A stretch of 64,000 nt of DNA from Spirochaetaceae bacterium. GTDB lineage: Bacteria; Spirochaetota; Spirochaetia; DSM-2461. The notes below the pieces were generated by a model. That model worked only from the letters and a program-made list of their open reading frames with translations, did no database searches and had not been told where the DNA came from. Made by a program: the position numbers and the translations under genes. The stretch spans positions 441,968-505,967 of the forward strand of contig JAOPTT010000002.1 in assembly GCA_051531975.1 (NCBI GenBank). The letters are read 5' to 3'. Shown here in pieces: positions 42,277 through 51,021 of the stretch. Each line of letters begins with the position of its first letter. Positions within the stretch are counted from its first letter, which is position 1.

Positions 42277-42339
42277 TATATTGATGTAAATTACATATTT
42301 TGTAACTGTGGCAGCCAGCCTCTAAGTTGTTGTTTAATA
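42277..42339. repeat. 63-bp dispersed repeat, copy 2
   Basis: identical to 37644-37706. Confidence 0.9.
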
Positions 42340-42468
42340 ACCTATATATTAAAAACAGTAGACCCTGATGTTAATAAAACAGCCAAAAATATGAAAGCTG
42401 ATGGACTTCCAACTGAAGCAATTAAAAAATACACAGGATTAACAGACGAACAGATTAAAAAAATATAA
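42340..42468 (+). pseudogene. Rpn-family (PD-(D/E)XK nuclease/putative transposase) C-terminal relic
   Basis: TYILKTVDPDVNKTAKNMKADGLPTEAIKKYTGLTDEQIKKI*. Confidence 0.75.
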
Positions 42469-42501
42469 CTAATATATTTTATTAATTACCAACTAAAACA
42501 G

Positions 42502-42963
42502 TTAAACCTTAACATCAAAAGGAAAACTAACTACTTCTTCTGTTCTAAAATCAACGTTATACCCAACCTTGTTAAAGTGAGTGAATCCTGTATTAATCTT
42601 AACCTGGACAAAACACATTTTAGGATCTGATTCATCATTATGTGCAAAATACCAATTTGAAAATGCGACGGTTAATATATCTCGAATCTCTTTATTCTCT
42701 TCTTTTAGTGGATGCCCTATATTAAAGGCCTCACCTTGAAATTCATGTAAAGCTGCACATAGACTCACATTTCTGTTTTTTAATATCTGCTGAACCTTTT
42801 CTGACGATTCATATGTAACTATGTAGAAACTACTATTAAAGTAATATGCATCAATAATCCTTACAGTTGGTACATCATTATTACATGTAGCCAAAGCCAT
42901 ACATCTGTCTTTCCCAAATTGCCGTATTATTTTCTTATTTAATTTTTCAAATTCTTTACTCAT
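42502..42963 (-). CDS. pyridoxamine-5'-phosphate-oxidase-like FMN-binding protein
   Basis: MALATCNNDVPTVRII, SEKVQQILKNRNVSL, GHPLKEEN. Confidence 0.85.
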   Translation of the reverse strand: MSKEFEKLNKKIIRQFGKDRCMALATCNNDVPTVRIIDAYYFNSSFYIVTYESSEKVQQILKNRNVSLCAALHEFQGEAFNIGHPLKEENKEIRDILTVAFSNWYFAHNDESDPKMCFVQVKINTGFTHFNKVGYNVDFRTEEVVSFPFDVKV

Positions 42964-42992
42964 ATAAACTCCTATTTTTTACTTACTTAACA

Positions 42993-43460
42993 TTAACAAT
43001 TAGGTGTAAATTTAAAACTGTTTAACTCATCGGTTCTAAAGTCATAGTTGTATCCAATCTTATTAGCATAAGTGAAGGCTGTATTAATCTTAATTTGTAT
43101 TAAACACATTTTAGGATCAGATTCATCATGAGAACTAAAATACCAATCAGGCATAACATCAACCAATATATCTCTAATTTCTCTGTTCTTATCTTCCAAA
43201 GGATGCCCAATTAACACAGCTTCCCCCATAAATTTATGGAAACTAGCAGAAGGACATATGCTTACATGTTTATTTTTAGTTATTTGTTCTGTTATTTTAG
43301 ATGTGACCTGGGTAACTAAATAGAAGCTTCCTTTCCAGTAATATGTAGTAACAATCTTTACAAGTGGTACATCATTAGAAGACATGGCTATATACATCTT
43401 CCTCTGCTTTCCAAATTCCTTTACAAGTATCCTAAACATTCTCTCATATTCTTTATTCAT
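42993..43460 (-). CDS. pyridoxamine-5'-phosphate-oxidase-like protein (tandem paralogue)
   Basis: clear similarity to 42502..42963 (GHPL, DESDPKMC, NKIGY, DFRT). Confidence 0.82.
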   Translation of the reverse strand: MNKEYERMFRILVKEFGKQRKMYIAMSSNDVPLVKIVTTYYWKGSFYLVTQVTSKITEQITKNKHVSICPSASFHKFMGEAVLIGHPLEDKNREIRDILVDVMPDWYFSSHDESDPKMCLIQIKINTAFTYANKIGYNYDFRTDELNSFKFTPNC

Positions 43461-43579
43461 ATAGGCTTCTCCATTATATAGTTAAATAACATATTGGTAG
43501 TAAATACTATGGTATATAACTATATAGATTATAGCTTGATATTTTTTGCATTTAGATATTTTTATTAGTTTTTTAATGA

Positions 43580-43626
43580 TGATGCAAATTACATATTTTG
43601 TAACTGTGGCACCCAGCCTCTAAGTT
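43580..43626. repeat. 63-bp dispersed repeat, truncated copy 3
   Basis: TGATGCAAATTACATATTTTGTAACTGTGGCACCCAGCCTCTAAGTT, two substitutions. Confidence 0.88.
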
Positions 43627-43704
43627 AAAGGTAATCCAAATTTAGGACACTCACTACTTCTAAGTGATACCTCTTATCCGGTAAACCAGACAATTACGGA
43701 GTTA

Positions 43705-44103
43705 ATGTGGATTCCCGATCCATTCGAGGCCCCAGTCGAGGCACCAGTCGAGGCCCCAGTCGAGGCACCAGTCGAGGCACCAGTCGAGGCACCAGTCGAG
43801 GCACCAGTCGAGGCACCAGTCGAGGCACCAGTTAAAAACATTGAAAATTTAACTGAAACAGAACAAAAAATATTAGAAATACTAACAAAAGCTACATTAA
43901 GCAGTAAAGAGTTACTGGAATCTTTAGGATATAAGCAAAAAACAGGAAATTATAAAAAGTCGATGGCTAATCTAATTAAATATATATTAATTGAAAGGAC
44001 AATACCTGAAATACCAAACAGCAGGTTACAAAAATATAAATTAACAATAAAAGGGCAACAGCTTGTTTCCCAATTACTAAACAAGGCGAGAAAAAGTGAT
44101 TAA
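43705..44103 (+). pseudogene. C-terminal remnant (repeat linker + winged helix) of a Fic/ATPase-type DNA-binding protein
   Basis: (EAPV)9 then LSSKELLESLG...LIERTIPEIPNSRLQKYKLT, the wHTH tail seen on Fic and AlbA/RecG-like proteins; no N-terminal domain; begins shortly after repeat copy 3. Confidence 0.65.
43726..43833 (+). repeat. 12-bp tandem repeat x9 (GAGGCMCCAGTY), encodes EAPV
   Basis: directly visible; GC-rich against the AT-rich background. Confidence 0.97.
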
Positions 44104-44353
44104 GTTCTTCCTGGTTTTTATCTAACAACTCTGCAGCTTAAGACAGCGATATATTCAACTACTTAGGTATATATTAAATATTTATGAAAGTAGATTAAAA
44201 GAGATGCAAACAATATTTTAATGTTGTTTATTAAGCATATAAAGAATGAGAAGATGTTAATGAGCTCACTATCTGATGTTTCTTATAGCCCCTGATGTTG
44301 ATGAAACAGCAAATATACTAGAAAATATAATACATGGCGGAGGTGACCTAATT

Positions 44354-44509
44354 ATGACAGCAGCACAAAGACTTGAACTAAAAGGTGAAAAACGTGGAAT
44401 AATACAAGGGATATCTAAAACAGCAAAAAATATGAAAGCTGATGGTATATCAATTAAAACTATAAAAAAATGTACAGGTTTAACTGAAGAAGAGATTAAA
44501 AAGTTATAA
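44354..44509 (+). CDS. RpnS-like small protein (separately translatable Rpn C-terminal domain) within an Rpn relic
   Basis: GGAGGT RBS at 44339-44344, ATG 44354, MTAAQRLELKGEKRGIIQGISKTAKNMKADGISIKTIKKCTGLTEEEIKKL*. Confidence 0.6.
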   Translation: MTAAQRLELKGEKRGIIQGISKTAKNMKADGISIKTIKKCTGLTEEEIKKL

Positions 44510-44543
44510 CTAATGTATTTCACACTACACCCTGTAAAAACAC

Positions 44544-44613
44544 TTAAACCTTAATATCTATTCATAATTATGTGCAAAATACCAATTTGAAAATGCTACT
44601 ATTAATATATCTC
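44544..44613 (-). pseudogene. second deleted relic of the PNPOx-like gene
   Basis: TTAAACCTTAA then TTATGTGCAAAATACCAATTTGAAAATGC...TTAATATATCTC, matching 42502-42683 with an internal deletion. Confidence 0.7.
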
Positions 44614-44649
44614 TTTTACCAACAAAATGTCATATAATATATTTAGACT

Positions 44650-45423
44650 ATGAAAAAGATTTGTATTTGTATTTTATTGTCAGTGGCATCACTAACTTTT
44701 ACTCAGAATGTATTAACAGTTACATCGTGGAATGTTCTAGGTTATCCAGAGAAGTCTATAGCAGGTAGAGAGTGGTTCACAAAAAAATTATTAGAACTTA
44801 ATACTAATGTAATCTGTATTCAAGAAATTGGTAATGATAAAGATTGTGAGAATTTTATAAAGAATGAATCTGGTTTTTATAAAGGTCATTTTTCAAATAG
44901 TAGTGATCCACAAGATAATGCTATCTTTACCAATAATACCATAAATATAGTTGGATATAAAGATCCAGAAGGATTTAGACATCCACCCAAACTAGCCTAT
45001 ATCGACAAAGATGGGTTTAACTTCCTACTACTAACAATTCATCTGTCTTATGATGATAAACGTGTAAGAGAGAATGAAATTAAATTATTAAAAGATATAG
45101 TTGAATGGATGTCATCTATAGACCCTGACTATATGATTGTAGGTGATTTTAATATTCAAGGAGATGAAATAGTAGATTTAGCAACTTCTTTAGGGATGAT
45201 GCTACTAAAACCTGTTAACCAAAATAACCAAGGAACTACATATTCAAAAGATAATAACAGATACGACCACTTCTTAGTATCAAAAGATATTTATACTGAA
45301 GAGTATATAGATTTTAAAATAAACAATGTTATTCCAGAGGATGAGTTTATAGCTAGATCAGTATCAGATCATATATCTATAACAGCAACCTTCAGAACTG
45401 ATTTATTATTTAAAGATGATTAA
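44650..45423 (+). CDS. exported endonuclease/exonuclease/phosphatase (DNase I-like) family protein
   Basis: signal peptide, TSWNV, CIQEI, VGDFN, YDHF, SDH. Confidence 0.9.
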   Translation: MKKICICILLSVASLTFTQNVLTVTSWNVLGYPEKSIAGREWFTKKLLELNTNVICIQEIGNDKDCENFIKNESGFYKGHFSNSSDPQDNAIFTNNTINIVGYKDPEGFRHPPKLAYIDKDGFNFLLLTIHLSYDDKRVRENEIKLLKDIVEWMSSIDPDYMIVGDFNIQGDEIVDLATSLGMMLLKPVNQNNQGTTYSKDNNRYDHFLVSKDIYTEEYIDFKINNVIPEDEFIARSVSDHISITATFRTDLLFKDD

Positions 45424-45568
45424 TAACATAATAAATATAGTTTCAACTGTTTATATAAAAATAACTGTATAACAGCACAAGGGATATCTAAAACAGCTCA
45501 ACAAAGTAATTATAGTGCAGAATAAATATTTAAGATGTTTGTAATATTTTCAGATTATAGAACTAATT

Positions 45569-45631
45569 TATATTGATGTAAATTACATATTTTGTAACTG
45601 TGGCAGCCAGCTTCTAAGTTGTTGTTTAATA
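45569..45631. repeat. 63-bp dispersed repeat, copy 4
   Basis: one substitution relative to copy 1; preceded by Rpn scrap ACAGCACAAGGGATATCTAAAACAGC at 45472-45497. Confidence 0.9.
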
Positions 45632-45873
45632 GTAGATTTAATGTAAAACATGGGTGTTACACGGGTAAACACAGCTTGGGTTATACTCTAAATTCCTCAG
45701 AGTAAAAGCTCTTATTGGCTGGAGTTATAACTTCAGTGCTATCCCTAACACTAAACTACTTGATCAAAGAATGTTTAGCCCGCTTTTCGATCAAGAAATA
45801 TTTGACTATTGTAATTTGAAGCTTTGCTTTATTGTTTATGAGGTATAAAAACTCAATTCATGGATCTAAAAAG

Positions 45874-45907
45874 AACTGACTACAGTATCTATCTTCTGTA
45901 GTCAGTT
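45874..45907. repeat. hairpin, related to 53862-53897
   Basis: AACTGACTACAG-N10-CTGTAGTCAGTT, perfect 12-bp stem. Confidence 0.7.
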
Positions 45908-46116
45908 ATTATTTCTATAATATATATATTATTTTTTGTAAACTAATTACATTATATATCGTATATTTAGCTAGTTTTGTCAGAAGATAAACTTCATTAT
46001 TATTAAACAAGAAGTCTTCAAACCCAACTAAATAAATTAGAATTTAATAATTATTTTTATGTGGTAACTTCAATTATCATGATGGAGAAAATATTTTCAC
46101 ATTACAAGCTCTATAT

Positions 46117-47601
46117 CTAAATACTTTTACAGTAAAAACTTATACTATCTATATATTTATTTATACTCTCTTCACTTTTTACAATTTTATATTTTGTTTG
46201 TGGGATGTCAATTATAGTATCCACTAAAAAGCCACCGATAGTATATCCAGCAAGGAAACCTACGAATGTACCTACAGGTCCAAATACAGATAAAGCTGCA
46301 CCTAATGCAGTTCCAAATGCTGTTGAAACGCCTAATCTAATAAGACTTTTCATCAAAATCGAACTATTACCTAGTCCTTTTTTATAATCAAATATTAACT
46401 TTCCTACATCATAAACATCCATGCCAATGCTCACAGCAATACCTGCAACTCCAGCTATCCTTAAAACTTTTTTGAGAACCCTAGCCCTCCTTATTCCTTT
46501 AATTGTTTTACCTGAGAGCTTTTTTATAGTACTTTTATTTATATTCGATTTTATTATCTCATCAGCTTGAATCCTAGCACCCAATATACTATTGTGGTTA
46601 GATTTTTTAAAACTACTCAATATCTCTTCAGATTTTTTAATATCAACATGCTTTTTAATTAAAATCTCAAAATCTCTATAAAACTGGTTGACCTTAAATT
46701 GCTCTTTTATTCTTACATTTGCTTTTATTGACGTAAATAGCCCCTTTTCTTGCCTTATCCTTTTAACTTCAATTTTCCTTAAATAATCATTTGACAGTTG
46801 ATGTTCAAAATCAAGAAGATCTGCTTTGTTCTTTATTTTACCTTCTTTTAAATAACGCATCATTTTGTCAGAGTTTTCTTTGCCTAGTTTAACCTCATAA
46901 TCTTTTTTGAGACTGTCTAAAACCTTCTCCCTAATCTTATTAGTATTTTCATCAAGTTTGACTGCTTCTAATTTAGAAAAAGGGATATCAAAACTTTCGA
47001 TAGTAGTTTCAACACCTTTTAAGCTTTCTATTTTTACTTTTAATTTGCCATCAATAAAGTCACCTTTTAATATTTTTGCCTTGTATACATCATTTTGAAC
47101 AAAGTACTTTGACTCTTTATATTCTCGAATTAATTTATTATACATTTTTTCTGATATTTTATTTGATTTAAATTTCTTTTCCGTTGAAGCGATTAATTCA
47201 TCGTGTTTCAATAAAATCCAGTTTTTACTCATTTGAAGATCACCATTTTTTGTGATCCTTAAGTTATTATCTTTACCAAATTTTGATTCTGTAATGAGTA
47301 TTTCTTTGGTATATCCAGAACTATGATTCTTACTGTATAGCCCATCTATTCCATTTGATCCCACTTCTCCAATTCTTTTACCATATCTTCCTTTACCAGT
47401 AAACCTAGCATCTGAAACAGCCTCTAACATATTACCATGAGTTTTGTTCATATTAGAATAACCGATATTTTCAAGTTTAGTAGCAAGACCTTGATAATCA
47501 ATTTTCTTAGCGTTTAAGTATGTTTTTAAATCAAATTCTTTCCCGTATGAATGAATACTAAAAGAGGTTAAACAAATAATAAAAATAATTTTTTTAATCA
47601 A
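46117..47601 (-). CDS. exported protein with a PD-(D/E)XK (toxin-REase-like) nuclease domain and C-terminal glycine-rich membrane helices
   Basis: signal peptide; GNMLE...NGIDGLY...ITESKFG...QMSKNWI; AGVAGIAVSIG and GTALGAALSVFGPVGTFVGFLAGYTIGG. Confidence 0.65.
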   Translation of the reverse strand: MIKKIIFIICLTSFSIHSYGKEFDLKTYLNAKKIDYQGLATKLENIGYSNMNKTHGNMLEAVSDARFTGKGRYGKRIGEVGSNGIDGLYSKNHSSGYTKEILITESKFGKDNNLRITKNGDLQMSKNWILLKHDELIASTEKKFKSNKISEKMYNKLIREYKESKYFVQNDVYKAKILKGDFIDGKLKVKIESLKGVETTIESFDIPFSKLEAVKLDENTNKIREKVLDSLKKDYEVKLGKENSDKMMRYLKEGKIKNKADLLDFEHQLSNDYLRKIEVKRIRQEKGLFTSIKANVRIKEQFKVNQFYRDFEILIKKHVDIKKSEEILSSFKKSNHNSILGARIQADEIIKSNINKSTIKKLSGKTIKGIRRARVLKKVLRIAGVAGIAVSIGMDVYDVGKLIFDYKKGLGNSSILMKSLIRLGVSTAFGTALGAALSVFGPVGTFVGFLAGYTIGGFLVDTIIDIPQTKYKIVKSEESINKYIDSISFYCKSI

Positions 47602-49093
47602 AATAGGTTATTCCTCTCTTTGTTAAACTAACCGAAATCATAGCATATTCAAGCTGCTTATCTTTATTTATACTATTCCATACATCACTATACAAATTAT
47701 TATATAGCGAGCTTATAGGTAAATAAGCATATGCTAAGTCTACTTGATCTAAATCCTTAAGGATACTTATCTTGGATCTATTATATGTTTCTTTTTCTGC
47801 ATTAGAAGGAAACAACTTTTTATTTACATTTGCATTGTCATTATTACTAGAACCTTTTTTTATTAAGGTTAATATCCACACATTATACTTCTTAACCAGT
47901 TTGTTATTATTATCGATGATTCTCTGTTGTAGACTTTTTTCTAAGTCAGATATCTTTTCTTCTGTATCAGTAATAATCTTCACAAGAGAAGTAACATCTT
48001 GATTAAGAACAGTGGTCAATTCATATTTTAATGTTGAAATTTGAGATTTAATCATTGTTAGGGTAATTTCAAGATTATCATTAAATTCATTTGTAATCTC
48101 TTTAACTTGATGATTTAATAACTTAGCTTTCTTTGTAATATTATATAATGATTCATATTCAACTATTTCATAGTATGTATCTTGATATTCAACAGGGTCT
48201 TTCTCATATAAAACTAGTGCTAGTTCATGAATTGAGCTGTATAGTTCAATATCCCACAATCCATTTTCTTCATATGATTTTGTGAATAAATTATAATTAT
48301 CGTTAAATGATTTATCTAAACTATTAATCTCTTTCAAAGTAACGAATTCATCAAGCATACTAATTTTTTTTTGTACTCTATCATCTTCGCTATAAGCTAG
48401 TAGTAAATTTACAACTTCAGATATTTCACTTTCATCGACATTAATAGGACTCTTATTGAGTAATAAAGTTGATCTATTCAAGGCTTTAACAATTTCAGAC
48501 TCATATACATCTTCCATTTTTCTAGAATAAAGTAAATTGAAATTATTATACGACTCTTCTACCTGCGAATCTAACTCAGTATTAAAGTATGATAAGTCTG
48601 AATCTAGTAAATCTTTTAGTAGTGTTACTACTATTGCTAAGTTATCATTATCTTTTTCATAATAAGAAAGTATACTAATAAATTCAATTTCATACTTTAA
48701 AAGAAGTAATTCTTCCGTCTGATCTTCTTGTATCCAAGGAGGTGTTGTTGATAAGTATTTAGAAAAACGTTTTTCTAGCTGGCTTATTTTATCGAATGCT
48801 AGTTCTTTTCTAAAAGATTTTACTGCTTCTTGCATTGTAGAAACCTCAAGCATTGATTCCTCAGGAATTATAATTGGAAAAGATTCATTTAAGGCTTTAT
48901 ATATTAGTGCAGTTTGATTATGTATTTTTGTATCTGTTTCACCTATAAATTCCTTAGTCTTTTCTATGAAATCTTCTTGGGTTTGTATATTTTTGTCGAT
49001 TTTGTCTTCTTGAGTTTTCAAAAAAAACAATGACAAGAATACAAGAAGAACAAGAAAAAAAGTATTTATTGAAATTATTATTTTGTGATTCAT
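47594..49093 (-). CDS. N-terminally membrane-anchored helical/coiled-coil hypothetical protein
   Basis: single N-terminal TM helix; E/K/L-rich heptads; overlaps the next gene by 8 nt. Confidence 0.7.
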   Translation of the reverse strand: MNHKIIISINTFFLVLLVFLSLFFLKTQEDKIDKNIQTQEDFIEKTKEFIGETDTKIHNQTALIYKALNESFPIIIPEESMLEVSTMQEAVKSFRKELAFDKISQLEKRFSKYLSTTPPWIQEDQTEELLLLKYEIEFISILSYYEKDNDNLAIVVTLLKDLLDSDLSYFNTELDSQVEESYNNFNLLYSRKMEDVYESEIVKALNRSTLLLNKSPINVDESEISEVVNLLLAYSEDDRVQKKISMLDEFVTLKEINSLDKSFNDNYNLFTKSYEENGLWDIELYSSIHELALVLYEKDPVEYQDTYYEIVEYESLYNITKKAKLLNHQVKEITNEFNDNLEITLTMIKSQISTLKYELTTVLNQDVTSLVKIITDTEEKISDLEKSLQQRIIDNNNKLVKKYNVWILTLIKKGSSNNDNANVNKKLFPSNAEKETYNRSKISILKDLDQVDLAYAYLPISSLYNNLYSDVWNSINKDKQLEYAMISVSLTKRGITYFD

Positions 49094-49209
49094 TTATACC
49101 TACTATTTTTTTTAATTTATCATATGATATTATAAATAACCATCTATATTATCAAGCTAGTTTTCAATCTATAATAATTAAATGGTAAAAACCCTTTCCC
49201 CTTATTTAA

Positions 49210-51012
49210 TTATTGATTTATATAATTCTCAAAAGACGCGATAGCATCAATATAACCTAAAGTACTTCCCTTCATGTAATATTCCACGGCCTTTTTACTA
49301 TCCCCATTTTCCTCATAATATCTTCCAATCCGGGACATAGCATCATTATCTTCATGTTTAAGTGCTTTTTGATAAAGTTTAAACGCTTGCTCTTTATTTC
49401 CTTCTTTATATAACAAGTCACCTAGAAAACAATATGCTTCTGACTCCTCATTTTCTATCGCTAATTGATAATATTTCTTAGCACCTTCATAATCTTCATT
49501 TTCTTCAAGAAATTCTGCATATAAAATCATATCGGATTTATTTCCACATTCTATAGAATATAGATAAGTTTCTTTGATTTGTTCAATTTTTCCTTCTTTC
49601 TCGTAGAGTTCTACAAGCATCATTGTAGATAAATCATCAACACTTTTAATTCCTAATAAGTAGGTCTCTTTAGCCTTCTCTAACCATCCAAGTTTTTCAT
49701 AATAGCTACCTAGAAAGTAGTATGCATTTTCATCACCAATATCAATTGAAACTTGATAATATTTTATTGCTTTATCTATATTATTTTCTTTAGCATATAA
49801 TGTGGCTAGATTATAACTTGCAGATTTTTTATCGAACTCAAAATCTTTCAAAAAGTACTTTATGGCATTATCATAATCACCAACCTCCTCAAAAGCCCTG
49901 GCAAGAAAATACCATGAGGTTTCATTACCAAAATCTGCAGCTTGTTTATAATAAATTATAGCTTTATCATAATCCTCTTCTTCATAAAATATTTTACCAA
50001 GCCTGTATGATGAATACTCATTTCCATCTAATGAAGAAAGCTTATAATATCTTTTGGCAAATAAAATATTATCTTCCTCTTCAAATATGATACCTAGTTC
50101 CTTCATAGCTTCACCGTTAAAATCATTAGAGTACTTTAGAAAATATTCTTTTGCCTCTTGAGAATTACCTTCTTTCAGTAATAATTTACCCATAAAGTAA
50201 TAAGAACTATCACATCCTAGTTCTATTGCTTTTTTATACCATTTTTTGGCCTCTTCAAAATTATTTTCTTCTCCGTATATCTCTGCTAGTTTTTCTATTG
50301 AATTACAAAGTTCTAATTCAGCACTTCTTAAATAATAATTTTTTGCATCTTCTATTAAGTTTTCTTCAAATCCGATATTGCCCAGATAATATAAAGCAAT
50401 TGAGTCATCAGCTTTTGAAGCTTTGAGTAAAAACTCTTTTGCCTCTTGAACCCTGTCGTCGTAATAAAGATGTCTTCCCAAAAAAAGATGTGAACCTTCT
50501 ACATTCTGTGTAACAGCTTGTTTACAACTTTTAATAGCCTTTCCTTTCGCATCATTATCATAATAAAACTTAGTGAGAGTCATGATATACTTATCAAAAT
50601 CAAGTTCTGAAGCTTTTTCTAAATGCTTTTTAGCGTCATATTTAGAACCATGAGAATTATAGAGATTACTTAGTAAATAAAAGAGTTCAGCATTTTCTGG
50701 CTCTGTATCAATGCCTCTAAAGTAATATCTTTTGGCTTCTTCATAATTGTAATATTCATCTTCATATAGTTTAGCTAGTTCAACCATAGACTTTGTATGC
50801 CTTTGATCAGAAGCTTTTAAGAAAAATCTTTTAGCAGCTTCTATTTTTTCATTTTCTAAATACAAATTTCCTAAGGAGTACATAGAATCAATATCTCCAT
50901 TATTACTAGCTTTAAGAAGTGAAATAATATTTTCTTCTAATTGACGTTTGGTTTCTAACTCATTTTCTTGGTTGTTTTTTCGTTCTTCCATAATTATTAA
51001 CTTCCTTTTCAT
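49210..51012 (-). CDS. Sel1/TPR repeat protein
   Basis: many LG..Y...EAKKWYKKA type repeats over about 550 aa. Confidence 0.92.
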   Translation of the reverse strand: MKRKLIIMEERKNNQENELETKRQLEENIISLLKASNNGDIDSMYSLGNLYLENEKIEAAKRFFLKASDQRHTKSMVELAKLYEDEYYNYEEAKRYYFRGIDTEPENAELFYLLSNLYNSHGSKYDAKKHLEKASELDFDKYIMTLTKFYYDNDAKGKAIKSCKQAVTQNVEGSHLFLGRHLYYDDRVQEAKEFLLKASKADDSIALYYLGNIGFEENLIEDAKNYYLRSAELELCNSIEKLAEIYGEENNFEEAKKWYKKAIELGCDSSYYFMGKLLLKEGNSQEAKEYFLKYSNDFNGEAMKELGIIFEEEDNILFAKRYYKLSSLDGNEYSSYRLGKIFYEEEDYDKAIIYYKQAADFGNETSWYFLARAFEEVGDYDNAIKYFLKDFEFDKKSASYNLATLYAKENNIDKAIKYYQVSIDIGDENAYYFLGSYYEKLGWLEKAKETYLLGIKSVDDLSTMMLVELYEKEGKIEQIKETYLYSIECGNKSDMILYAEFLEENEDYEGAKKYYQLAIENEESEAYCFLGDLLYKEGNKEQAFKLYQKALKHEDNDAMSRIGRYYEENGDSKKAVEYYMKGSTLGYIDAIASFENYINQ

Positions 51013-51021
51013 GATGTAATT

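Noticed and set aside
42259..42468. 69-aa ORF as a real gene
   Set aside because: Chance read-through of the non-coding 63-bp repeat into an Rpn tail
43726..43833. 12-bp tandem repeat as a CRISPR
   Set aside because: No spacers; it is an in-frame coding VNTR
35655..45631. 63-bp repeats as a CRISPR array or integron attC sites
   Set aside because: Spacing is 1.3-4.6 kb and irregular, and no cas genes are present. The TAAC...GTT core is only about 19 bp apart with no long attC-type stem, and no integrase is in the window
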